A DNA stretch of 64,000 nt from Spirochaetaceae bacterium (GTDB lineage: Bacteria; Spirochaetota; Spirochaetia; SZUA-6; Bin103): positions 12,727-76,726 of the forward strand of contig JAPPGB010000171.1 of the NCBI GenBank assembly GCA_028821475.1, read 5' to 3'. A program made the position numbers and the translations under genes. This document shows, one piece after another, positions 19,068-27,983 of the stretch. Below the pieces are notes generated by a model that did no database searches, was not told the origin of the DNA, and was given only the letters and a program-made list of their open reading frames with translations. The first letter of the stretch is position 1; the number at the start of each line of letters is the position of its first letter.

Positions 19068-19433
19068 ATGAAGATCGAGTCTGCACCCGTCTGGTTCGCG
19101 GAACTCCCACGTAAGCTGTATGACGCCGCTCGGGACTATGCGCTGGATGAGAAGCCCGAATGGGACGAACTCGGGCCTTTGGCAGATATTATCAAGTTCG
19201 AGGGAGTTACGGCATACTCGGAAAGCGCCGTAGTGGATAACGGCGAGTGTGTCGTTGCCGGGCGCGTGGCGGTCACGTTGATCTACGATCCCAATAAGGA
19301 TCCAGATCCCAAGCCCGACGCGAAGTGTGGAGCAGTCCGCGACAGCCTTCCCGCGAGCATCTTCTTCGAGGTCGCCGACCAGGAAGTGCGGATCAAACGG
19401 ATCCAGGTGGACCTGTCGCCGTTGCTGCGGTAG
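19068..19433 (+). CDS. hypothetical 121-aa protein, co-oriented 4 nt downstream of FRG gene
   Basis: ORF MKIESAPVWFAELPRKLYDAARDYALDEKPEWDELG... with no recognisable domain. It has the same lower-G+C character as the FRG gene, and its 3' end overlaps the convergent monooxygenase gene by ~41 nt. Confidence 0.45.
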   Translation: MKIESAPVWFAELPRKLYDAARDYALDEKPEWDELGPLADIIKFEGVTAYSESAVVDNGECVVAGRVAVTLIYDPNKDPDPKPDAKCGAVRDSLPASIFFEVADQEVRIKRIQVDLSPLLR

Positions 19434-20943
19434 CAGGAGTCGCCGATGTCGACGGTGGATGCGGGTTCAGCGGGAGTTCATTGACCAGGGTATCCAGTGC
19501 CGCGGGATCGTTGGCCGTGCCGTGGAGATATCTGTCAGGGCGGATGGCTACGGCACTTGCTCCGAGTTCAGCGAGGTACTCGGTGGCTCCGTCCAGTTCG
19601 CCGAGGGTCCAGACGTGGATCCCCTCCTCTACGGCGCTCGCTCCTCCTTTCCACTGCGCCAGCAGCGAGCTGTCGGCGAGGAGGGCCGGGCCGTATCCTA
19701 CGAATTCGTCCGACAGGTTGCCGGCGGGTGTGCGTAGCTGCCGGGAGATGTAGCCGGCCGCATCGGAACTGGCGTGCCACAGGCCTGGGCCGAGGCGGGG
19801 TGAGATGGTGGTCATCCTGTACGAACCGTCCGGTTGCCGGAAGGCTGACTTGAGGGCCGCCTCGCTGTCAGACGCATTGACCAGCCGGCCGAGGGCGACG
19901 GCGCCCTCGATGAAGGCCCGGACGTGCGGATGGCGTTCGCTCTGGTAGCTGTCGAGCAGGGCGTCGTCGTGCCTTTGTCGGATGCAGAGGGCGAGCTTCC
20001 AGGCCAGGTTCGCGGCGTCGCGGATTCCGGCACACATGCCCTGGCCCATGAACGGCGGGCTCTGGTGAGCGGCGTCGCCGGCGATCAGCAGCCGGCCCCG
20101 GCGCCAGCGCGACGAAATGACCGAGTGGAACGTATACACCGCCGCCCGCTCGATTACGGCGTCGGAGGGTGTCAGCCAGCGCGCCAGGCGGCGCCAGACG
20201 TGCTCCGGCGCGAGCGCTTGTGCGTCTGGGAGGTCGGCGATGAAAATCTCCCAGCGGCGCCGCCGGCCCGGACCCCGGACGTAGGTCGCGGGAGCCCCGG
20301 GATGGCAGTACTGGATCGTGAAATCGCCCAGGTCCGGCCGCTCGCCGCTCAGCAACAGGTCGACCACGAGCCAGCGCTCGTGGAACCCCAGGTCTTCGGC
20401 ACGGTCGGTGATCCGCTCGCGGACCAGCGACCGCGCGCCGTCGCAACCCACCACGTAACTCGCCGCCAGCGTATGCCGCCGCTCGTCTTCGCGGTAGGTG
20501 ACCGCGGCGAGTCGCTCACCCGGATCGATCGACATCACCTCCGTACCCAGGAGCACGTCGACGTTCGGCATGCTGCGCAGGTGGTCACGCAGAATCGCCT
20601 CCAGGTCGGGCTGGTGGAAGCGGTAGCTGGGGTGCCAGCCCTGGGGCCCGACCTGCTGCGGACGGGGCCAGTCGAGTATCAGCCTGCCGTCGGGATCGAC
20701 GAACCGCATGCCGGCATTGACCCGGGACACCGCGGCGACCCGATCCGCGACGCCGATGGTCTGGAAGATGCGCATCACTTCGCCGTCGAAGTGGACGGCA
20801 CGAGGCAGGCGGTAGATCTCCGCCTCTCGTTCCAGGACCACGACCCGTAACCCGCACAGCCCCAGCAGGTTGGCGAGCACCGCTCCGGTGGGCCCGAAGC
20901 CGACGACGGCGGCGTCGTAGGGCCCCCGACGCTCGCGTGGCAC
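19393..20943 (-). CDS. FAD-dependent aromatic monooxygenase (MhpA/3-(3-hydroxyphenyl)propionate hydroxylase-like)
   Basis: Rossmann motif YDAAVVGFGPTGAVLANLL, VVGCDGARSLVRERI, and the GD motif LIAGDAAHQSPPFMGQGMCAGIRDAANLAWKL. GTG start ~20943. The last ~25 aa (PHPPSTSATPATAATATGPPGSV) are low-complexity. Confidence 0.85.
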   Translation of the reverse strand: MPRERRGPYDAAVVGFGPTGAVLANLLGLCGLRVVVLEREAEIYRLPRAVHFDGEVMRIFQTIGVADRVAAVSRVNAGMRFVDPDGRLILDWPRPQQVGPQGWHPSYRFHQPDLEAILRDHLRSMPNVDVLLGTEVMSIDPGERLAAVTYREDERRHTLAASYVVGCDGARSLVRERITDRAEDLGFHERWLVVDLLLSGERPDLGDFTIQYCHPGAPATYVRGPGRRRRWEIFIADLPDAQALAPEHVWRRLARWLTPSDAVIERAAVYTFHSVISSRWRRGRLLIAGDAAHQSPPFMGQGMCAGIRDAANLAWKLALCIRQRHDDALLDSYQSERHPHVRAFIEGAVALGRLVNASDSEAALKSAFRQPDGSYRMTTISPRLGPGLWHASSDAAGYISRQLRTPAGNLSDEFVGYGPALLADSSLLAQWKGGASAVEEGIHVWTLGELDGATEYLAELGASAVAIRPDRYLHGTANDPAALDTLVNELPLNPHPPSTSATPATAATATGPPGSV

Positions 20944-20951
20944 GGGCGTGT

Positions 20952-21929
20952 TCAGACCAGCCGGTTTCCGCTGAGCGCGCCCCACAGCCACGGGCAGTCG
21001 GTGGGCGGCGGTGCCTGCATGCCTCCTCTGGCTATACCGAGCCTCAGCTCGCGGTACGCCCGGCGCTCCTCCTCCGGCAGATGGGCGCGGTCGTGGCCCC
21101 AGAAGCTCGGTCCGTGCTCCATCACCTGGACCTGCCACCTGTCCGGCTCGATGATCCGCCCGCCCCACCCGGTCTCGACGAAGAAGCCGGATGGCGTGTG
21201 CGTGTAGAATGACGTCATCCAGTCGTTGGTGTGGCGGCCGAGCGTGTACGCTACGGTGCCCTCGGACTGCTGGGCGAGGTCGTAGCCCTGACCGACGTCG
21301 TCGAGATTCATGTACTCCACCATGAAGTGGTGGAAGCCGCTCTGCCCGGTGCCCAGTACCGCGAAGCTGTGGTGGCGGCCGTTCACGTGAAAGAAGTAGA
21401 GCGGAATCGGCTCCAGCCCGTAGTCACTGAGCCGGAAACCGAGCGTATCGCGATAGAACGGCAGTAATGTGTCGATGTCGTCGGTGTGCAGGACCGCGTG
21501 GCCCATGCCGAGGGGTCCGGTCTTGAAGCCCGAGATGTGCCGGCCCGGTATGAAGGGATCTTCGGTCAGCATCGGGCCATGGAAGAACTCGAGGCGATTG
21601 CCGGCAGGGTCGTGCGCGATTGCCAGGCCGGTCACGAAGCGTCGGTCGGCAAGAGCACGGGTGCCCTGACTGACCTCTGTGCCGGCATCGGAGAGACGTG
21701 CGCACAGTCGGTCCAGAGATGCGCCGTCCGCGACTTCCCAGCCCATGCACGCCAGGAGGTCGCCGGGTTCCGCGGTCACGATCAGGCGCTGCTTCCGGTC
21801 GTCCATGCGAAAGGCCGCCTGGCCGGCGCCGCGGTCGACCGCCTGCATTCCCAACTGGCGGCTCGCATAGTCCGACCAGTCCGACAGCCGGTCGGTGCGG
21901 ACCCCGAGGTAGCCAAGTGCGGTGATCAT
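20952..21929 (-). CDS. type I extradiol ring-cleavage dioxygenase (BphC/catechol-2,3-dioxygenase-like, VOC superfamily)
   Basis: MITALGYLGVRTDRL..., GMGHAVLHT, HHFMVEY and LGRHTNDWMTSFY match the BphC family. The track ORF (703 aa) is over-extended upstream, through the antisense of the next gene. Confidence 0.85.
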   Translation of the reverse strand: MITALGYLGVRTDRLSDWSDYASRQLGMQAVDRGAGQAAFRMDDRKQRLIVTAEPGDLLACMGWEVADGASLDRLCARLSDAGTEVSQGTRALADRRFVTGLAIAHDPAGNRLEFFHGPMLTEDPFIPGRHISGFKTGPLGMGHAVLHTDDIDTLLPFYRDTLGFRLSDYGLEPIPLYFFHVNGRHHSFAVLGTGQSGFHHFMVEYMNLDDVGQGYDLAQQSEGTVAYTLGRHTNDWMTSFYTHTPSGFFVETGWGGRIIEPDRWQVQVMEHGPSFWGHDRAHLPEEERRAYRELRLGIARGGMQAPPPTDCPWLWGALSGNRLV

Positions 21930-22118
21930 GAGCCCGAGCCTGCCGGTTTGCCGGGGCGCGTGTCCACCTGTCTCGTTGGCGTTCGTGCCTGGTGCCGAAA
22001 GTGAGTGACACGCGTTCCCGGAGGTGCCGGCGCGGCCGTATGCTATGTCCGCGGCAGCACGGCTGCCGCTCGCTCGCGGTACGGATCTCCCGCATCCAAA
22101 CCAGCCACGGAGAAGCAC

Positions 22119-22925
22119 ATGATTTCCCTCGCCGTCAATTCGGTTCTGTTCGATGCGTTCGACTTCGCCACCGCCGCCCGTCATATCGCCGCCGCCGGCT
22201 ACGACGGCATCGAGATTGCCGCGATTCCGGGGATGTGCGAGCACCTGCAGGTGGACCGCTGGCGCGAGCAGGCCGCGGACGTGCGGTCTGTTCTGGCCGA
22301 TACCGGGCTGAAGCCGGTGTCGATGGAGACCGCCGACCGCGGCGACGACCGCTGCCTGCGCGCCTTTGAGGCGGGCGCGGAGCTGGGCATCCCGGTGGTT
22401 GCGGTAGGATCCGGCGGCACCAGCGGCGACCCCGACGACCTGCGCGAGCGTATCGGGCGCCTGGCGGAGCTGGCCGAGGCGGCGGCGCAGTTCGGCGTGA
22501 CCGTGGTGTGCAAGGCGCACGTGGGCAGCGCGGTGTACGACACGCCCACAACGCTGGCGGCGATGGATGCCATCCCGTCGCCGGGGTTCGGCGTCAACAT
22601 GGACCCGAGCCACATCCACCGCGCCGGCGAGGTGCCCAAGGAGGCGCTGCAGCAAGTGGTGTCGCGGGTACGCCACAGCCACATCCGCGACTGCAAGGGA
22701 CGCCAGCAGGGCCCGGGCGCGCCGCCGCTGCAGGCGTGTGGCCGCGGCGACATCGACCTGTTCGGCTACTGCAAGGTGCTCGCCGACGCCGGCTATGAGG
22801 GCGCCGCCAGCCTGGAGGTGATCGGCGCCGCAAAGGCGGGGCTGAGCCTGGCCGAGGTGGCGATCATCGCGGCGGAGAGCTACGGCTACCTGAACGCCTG
22901 CCTCAAGCAGCTCGGCGCGCGCTAG
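22119..22925 (+). CDS. sugar phosphate isomerase/epimerase (xylose-isomerase-like TIM barrel)
   Basis: MISLAVNSVLFDAFDF...GYDGIEI... has a GGAGAAG SD 6 nt upstream. The length and composition fit the AP-endonuclease-2/TIM family. Confidence 0.7.
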   Translation: MISLAVNSVLFDAFDFATAARHIAAAGYDGIEIAAIPGMCEHLQVDRWREQAADVRSVLADTGLKPVSMETADRGDDRCLRAFEAGAELGIPVVAVGSGGTSGDPDDLRERIGRLAELAEAAAQFGVTVVCKAHVGSAVYDTPTTLAAMDAIPSPGFGVNMDPSHIHRAGEVPKEALQQVVSRVRHSHIRDCKGRQQGPGAPPLQACGRGDIDLFGYCKVLADAGYEGAASLEVIGAAKAGLSLAEVAIIAAESYGYLNACLKQLGAR

Positions 22926-22929
22926 CGGC

Positions 22930-23958
22930 ATGGAGGCGCGCTCGAGCGGGGACGGACCTGTCCCGGCTGCCACCGTCGAATTGAGCCCCGGCATCAAGCT
23001 GTGCATGCTCATCCCGCCGCGCCCGGACGATGACATTCTGCGCTTCGCCAACGAACTCGGCATAGCCCACGTCTACACCTGGGTGCCGGACGAGTTGAGC
23101 GGCGCGGCGGAGTTGACGGCCCTGCGCCGACGGGTGGAGAGCGCCGGCCTGACACTATTCAACGCCGGCCACCGCACCCTGGCCAAGTGCGACCTGATCC
23201 ACCTGGCACTGCCGGGGCGCGACGAAGCGATCGACCGGTTTGCAGTATACCTGCGCAACCTGAGCGCTGCCGAAATCCATACCACCACCTTCACCTTCGA
23301 GCCGGACGGCGTGTGGAGCAGCACCCCGTCGGTGGCGCGTGGCGGCGCTCCGGCGCGCGCGGTGGACGGCTCCGAGTTGGCCGGACAGCCGTTCAGCCAT
23401 GGCCGCGCGTACGACGAGGAGACGATCTGGGACAATTTCGCGTACTTCATGGAACGCATCATCCCGGTGGCGGAGCAGACCGGCGTGCGGCTGGCGCTGC
23501 ACCCCAATGACCCGCCGCTGCCGGAGGTCGCCGGCATCCCATGCATCATCCGTTCCCGGGAGAGCTACGAGCGGGCGTTCGAGATCGCCGATTCCGCCCA
23601 TCTCGGGATGGTGTTCTGCACCGGCTGCTGGCTGGAGGGCGGCACCGCATTCGGCGACATCGAGGCCGCGATCGGCGATTTCCTGGCCCGTGACAAGATC
23701 TTCATCGTCCACTTCCGCAACGTGAGCGCGCCGCTGCCGCGCTTCCACGAGACTTTCGTCGACGAGGGTTACCAGGACATGAACGTCCTGATGCGGCTGT
23801 TCCGCCACGGTGGCTACAACGGCTCCATGATTCTCGACCACACCCCGCCGATGGCGACCGACCCGACCGATACGATGGCCCTGCCCACCGACAAGCCGGT
23901 GGCCACCGCCTACGCACTCGGCTACATGAAGGCGCTGCTGGCTGCGGCCGGCGGCTGA
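22930..23958 (+). CDS. uxuA: mannonate dehydratase UxuA-like
   Basis: DNFAYFMERIIPVAEQTGVRLALHPNDPPLPEVAGIPCII aligns with E. coli UxuA [39 protein letters not shown]. Confidence 0.8.
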   Translation: MEARSSGDGPVPAATVELSPGIKLCMLIPPRPDDDILRFANELGIAHVYTWVPDELSGAAELTALRRRVESAGLTLFNAGHRTLAKCDLIHLALPGRDEAIDRFAVYLRNLSAAEIHTTTFTFEPDGVWSSTPSVARGGAPARAVDGSELAGQPFSHGRAYDEETIWDNFAYFMERIIPVAEQTGVRLALHPNDPPLPEVAGIPCIIRSRESYERAFEIADSAHLGMVFCTGCWLEGGTAFGDIEAAIGDFLARDKIFIVHFRNVSAPLPRFHETFVDEGYQDMNVLMRLFRHGGYNGSMILDHTPPMATDPTDTMALPTDKPVATAYALGYMKALLAAAGG

Positions 23959-23987
23959 GTCACGGCGCGACACGATTGGGAGACGGG

Positions 23988-25052
23988 ATGAAGCTGCTGG
24001 TACTGCCCGGCGACGGGGTCGGTCCCGAGGTCACCGAGGCCGCCGTGGCGGTGCTGGATGCGGTCGCCGACCGCTGGCCCCTGGACCTGGAGCGGGAAAC
24101 GGCCGAGATCGGCCTTGCCGCCCTGGCGGTGCACGGTACCACCTTGCCCGAGGAAACACTGGAGAGGGCGCGTGCGGCCGACGGCGTAATCCTCGGCCCG
24201 ATCGACCACATGCGCTACCCCGCGCGCGATCAGGGCGGCGTCAACGTGTCCGCCACGCTGCGCACCGGCCTCGACCTGTACGCCAACATCCGCCCGGCAC
24301 GCACCCGGCCCGGGCTCAGCGGTCCGGTCGGCGACTTCGACTTGGTGATCGTGCGCGAGAACACGGAGGGGTTCTACCCCGACCGCAACATGTACGCCGG
24401 CAGCGGCGAGTTCATGCCGGACGCGGACACCGCGCTGTCGGTGCGCAAGATCAGCGCGGCCGCGTGCCGCCGCATCGCGCGCCGCTCGTTCGCCTTGGCG
24501 CGCCGCCGGCGGCGCAAGGTGACGGCTATCCACAAGGCCAACAACTTCGTCCTCAGCGACGGCCTGTTCCTGCGCGTGGTGCGCGCGGTTGCGGAACACT
24601 ACCCCGACGTGGAGCTTGACGAGGTGCTGGTGGATGCCGCCGCCGCGCTCCTGGTACGCGAACCGGCGCGCTTCGACGTGCTGTGCACCACCAACTTCCA
24701 CGGCGACATCCTCTCCGACCTGGCATCGGAACTGTCCGGCAGCCTGGGGCTGGCCGGCTCGCTGAACGCGGGCGACCAGCACGCCTGCGCCCAGGCGCAG
24801 CACGGCTCCGCGCCCGACATCGCCGGCCGGGACCGGGTCAACCCGACCGCGATGCTGCTGTCGCTGGCCATGCTCCTGGAGTGGCTGGCCGAGCGGCATG
24901 AGCGAGCCGACCTGGCTGGTACAGCGGCCCGCATCACCGCCGCGCTGGACCGCACGCTCGCCAACCCGGCCACGCGCACCGCCGACCTGGGCGGCTCCCT
25001 CGGCACCCGCGCCTTCACCGCCGCCGTCATTTCTTCTTTGGATAAGGAATAG
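23988..25052 (+). CDS. isocitrate/isopropylmalate dehydrogenase family oxidative decarboxylase (tartrate dehydrogenase-like)
   Basis: GLDLYANIRPA and NFHGDILSDLAS family motifs, N-terminal KLLVLPGDGVGPEV. Confidence 0.75.
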   Translation: MKLLVLPGDGVGPEVTEAAVAVLDAVADRWPLDLERETAEIGLAALAVHGTTLPEETLERARAADGVILGPIDHMRYPARDQGGVNVSATLRTGLDLYANIRPARTRPGLSGPVGDFDLVIVRENTEGFYPDRNMYAGSGEFMPDADTALSVRKISAAACRRIARRSFALARRRRRKVTAIHKANNFVLSDGLFLRVVRAVAEHYPDVELDEVLVDAAAALLVREPARFDVLCTTNFHGDILSDLASELSGSLGLAGSLNAGDQHACAQAQHGSAPDIAGRDRVNPTAMLLSLAMLLEWLAERHERADLAGTAARITAALDRTLANPATRTADLGGSLGTRAFTAAVISSLDKE

Positions 25053-25063
25053 TCGGCAAGTAC

Positions 25064-26524
25064 ATGACGCAACCGATCACCTACTACCGGGAGAAGTTCC
25101 GGCCGCAGTACCACTTTTCGCCGGAGCGGAACTTCACCAACGATCCGTGCGGACTGGTGTACTTCGACGGCGAGTACCACCTGTTCTACCAGTACAACCC
25201 GTTCGACCTCGACCAGGATCCCAATCTGCTCTACTGGGGTCACGCGATCAGTACCGACCTGCTGCACTGGCGCCACATGCCGCTGCAACTCGGCCCTGAC
25301 GACCTGGGGGGTATTTCGACCGGATGCGGCGTGGTGGACTGGCACGACACGTCAGGACTGTTCGGCGGCCGGCCGGGGCTGGTGCTGATCTACGTGTACG
25401 TGCGCTACGATGTGTGGGAAGCACCGGCCCTGGCGTACAGCAGCGACCGCGGGCGCACGTGGCACAAGCTGCACGACCGCAACCCGCTGCTCGATCCCGG
25501 CGAGCCGGGCCAGCTCAAGGACGCCAAGGTGTTCTGGCATGCGCCGACCGGGCGCTGGGTGATGGTGCTGACCAGCGACCAGTTGTGCCTGTATTCCTCC
25601 CCCAACCTGCTTGATTGGCGATTTGAGAGCGCCGTCGAAGGAGTGCGCAGCGAGTGTCCCGACCTGTTCGAGCTATCGGTCGATGGTGACACGAAGCCGT
25701 CAAAGTGGGTGCTCACTCTAGCGGGAAGATACTATCACCTCGGTTCGTTCGACGGGCGGACCTTCACGCCGGAGACGGAAGCGATCCCGATGAACTTCGG
25801 TCCCGATGCTTACGCTTCCCAGACCTGGAGCGACGCGCCCGGCGGGCGCCGAATCATGATCGACTGGATGATGGCGTGGCGCTACGCCCGCCGCCTCGAC
25901 ATCGTTCCCACGCGCCCCTGGAACGGCTCGATGTCACTGCCGCGCGAGCTGACGCTGCGGACCACCGCCCACGGCGTACGTCTGTTTCAGAATCCGATTG
26001 CGGTGGCCGCGCTGCGCGAGCAAAGTTGCCTGCACGAGGGGATCACCGTTCGTGAGGGCACGCCGTTCAAGCCGGACCTGGACGGAACGTGCGTCGAGAT
26101 CGAGGCCGAGTTTCGAGTCGGCAGCGCCACACGCTTCGGCCTTGAGGTGATGGCCAGCGAGCGCACCATCTACGTGTTCGCGCATCGCAGTCACCGCATC
26201 GCCGGCGAGCGCACGCGGATCACCTACGACGTGGCGGCGGCGGAACTGGCGGTCGATCGGCGCACCGCCGGCACCGTGTACGACGAGGAGTTCGCTCAGG
26301 AATACCGGGCGCCGCTGGCGCCGTCCGACGGCCGCATCGTCCTGCGCGTGCTGACCGATTGGTCGTCGGTGGAGACGATCGCCAACGGCGGTGAGGTGGT
26401 GATCTCGACGCTGGTCTTCCCCACCCCGTTCGGCGGCGGGATCCGCGTGTTTGCCAGCGGCGGTTCGGTGACTCTCGAGCGGCTGCGCATTCACCGGCTT
26501 CGTTCAGTCTGGAACGACGCATAA
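25064..26524 (+). CDS. glycoside hydrolase family 32 (beta-fructofuranosidase/fructanase-like), divergent catalytic motifs
   Basis: YHFSPERNFTNDPCGLVYFDGEYHLFYQYNP, ECPDLF; the NDPNG box is NDPCG and the RDP box is KDA. Confidence 0.82.
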   Translation: MTQPITYYREKFRPQYHFSPERNFTNDPCGLVYFDGEYHLFYQYNPFDLDQDPNLLYWGHAISTDLLHWRHMPLQLGPDDLGGISTGCGVVDWHDTSGLFGGRPGLVLIYVYVRYDVWEAPALAYSSDRGRTWHKLHDRNPLLDPGEPGQLKDAKVFWHAPTGRWVMVLTSDQLCLYSSPNLLDWRFESAVEGVRSECPDLFELSVDGDTKPSKWVLTLAGRYYHLGSFDGRTFTPETEAIPMNFGPDAYASQTWSDAPGGRRIMIDWMMAWRYARRLDIVPTRPWNGSMSLPRELTLRTTAHGVRLFQNPIAVAALREQSCLHEGITVREGTPFKPDLDGTCVEIEAEFRVGSATRFGLEVMASERTIYVFAHRSHRIAGERTRITYDVAAAELAVDRRTAGTVYDEEFAQEYRAPLAPSDGRIVLRVLTDWSSVETIANGGEVVISTLVFPTPFGGGIRVFASGGSVTLERLRIHRLRSVWNDA

Positions 26525-26551
26525 AGCGAGAGAACCTGAGGACCGGCCCGG

Positions 26552-27865
26552 ATGACCAATCTGCGCAGCGCATTGCACCAGTTCCATGCCGACGTGTACC
26601 GGCACCTGGTCGCTTCCACCCTGGTGGGATTCAGCTACTTCGGGTTCGTGACGGTGCTGCTCAACCTGTACCTGTTGCGCCTGGGCTACGGCACCGACTT
26701 CATCGGCCTGGTGAATGGCAGCACGGCGATCGCCTTCGCCGCCTCCTCGCTTCCGGCCGGTGCGTTCGGCAGCCGCTTCGGGATGCGGCGCGCGGTGGTC
26801 GGAGGGATGGGATTCCTGGCCGCCGGCGTGACGCTGGTGCCGATCGTGGCGCTGCTGCCGGCGGGTGGCACGCGCGACGTCGCCATCATCGCCATGCGGC
26901 TGCTGTCGGGGATCGGGTTTTCCCTCTACATGGTCAACTCCTACCCGTACCTGGTGGCGGCGACCGACGTCCGTGACCGTCCCTACGCGTTCGCTTTGCT
27001 GGCCGCGATACCGCCGGTGGCCGGCTTTGCCGGGAGTATCATCTCGGGTGCCTTGCCCGGGTGGATCGCGAACGGCTTGCGGCTGGACAGCGCGGATCCT
27101 CTGCCGTTCGCTCTCATCCTGGTATTTTCCGGGGTGATCCTGGTGCCCAACCTGTGGATCGTGGCCCGCACGCGCGACCTGGACCCGCCGAAGCGGCGCC
27201 GCACCGGCACCGCGCGGCGCCGTACCGCCCGCGAGGTGCGCCGCGCCGACGGTGCCTTCTTTCTGCTGGTCTTCTTCCTGGGCATCACCGCGCTGCTGCG
27301 CATGGCGGGCGAGAGCGCCGCCCGGTCGTTTTTCAACGTCTACCTGGAACTGGATCTGGGTGCGTCGACGTCGCGCATCGGCCTGCTGCTGGCGTTCGGG
27401 CAACTGGCGGCGGGGCCGGCGGCGCTGTGCGCCCCGGCGATTGCGGCGCGCGCGGGCAAGGTGCCGGTCATCGTCGTCACCACCGCGATCACCGCCGCCA
27501 GCTTGGTGATCATGGCGCTGGTGCCGCATTGGTTGGCGGCGGGCATCGGCTTTACCCTGGTGGTCGGCATGCGCTCGGTCACCCAGTCGGTTACCAGCCT
27601 GGTACACATGGAGATCGTGCCGGCGAGCCGGCGCGGGCTCACCTCGGGGGTGACGTCGATGTCGATGGGGCTGGGGTTCAGCTCGATGGCACTCGGCGGC
27701 GGCTACCTGATCCCGGCACTGGGATTCCCGGGTCTCTACCTGCTGGGCGCCCTCATTACCGCGCTTAGCGCACTGATCTTCTGGCAGTACTTCCGCGTGC
27801 CGCAGGGCGAGTACCGGCTGACCGCCGAACAGCCGGCCGCCACCGTTCCGGCGCAGCGCTCGTGA
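26552..27865 (+). CDS. MFS transporter (paralog 1)
   Basis: 12-TM prediction by eye. Shares about two-thirds identity with the next gene. Confidence 0.8.
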   Translation: MTNLRSALHQFHADVYRHLVASTLVGFSYFGFVTVLLNLYLLRLGYGTDFIGLVNGSTAIAFAASSLPAGAFGSRFGMRRAVVGGMGFLAAGVTLVPIVALLPAGGTRDVAIIAMRLLSGIGFSLYMVNSYPYLVAATDVRDRPYAFALLAAIPPVAGFAGSIISGALPGWIANGLRLDSADPLPFALILVFSGVILVPNLWIVARTRDLDPPKRRRTGTARRRTAREVRRADGAFFLLVFFLGITALLRMAGESAARSFFNVYLELDLGASTSRIGLLLAFGQLAAGPAALCAPAIAARAGKVPVIVVTTAITAASLVIMALVPHWLAAGIGFTLVVGMRSVTQSVTSLVHMEIVPASRRGLTSGVTSMSMGLGFSSMALGGGYLIPALGFPGLYLLGALITALSALIFWQYFRVPQGEYRLTAEQPAATVPAQRS

Positions 27866-27983
27866 GCCATGGCAGTCCGACGAACACCGGCTGCATGCGA
27901 GCATGCGACGCCGGGTTCCGTCACGGGCTGCCGGAAGTTGACCGCCGCACGGTAGCAGCCGGTCAGCCGGAGTCGAGCGGACC

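Noticed and set aside
21930-23063. N-terminal 380 aa of the 703-aa track ORF 20952..23063(-)
   Set aside because: Only the last 325 codons have BphC homology. The upstream part is the antisense of the TIM-barrel isomerase gene (22119..22925 +).
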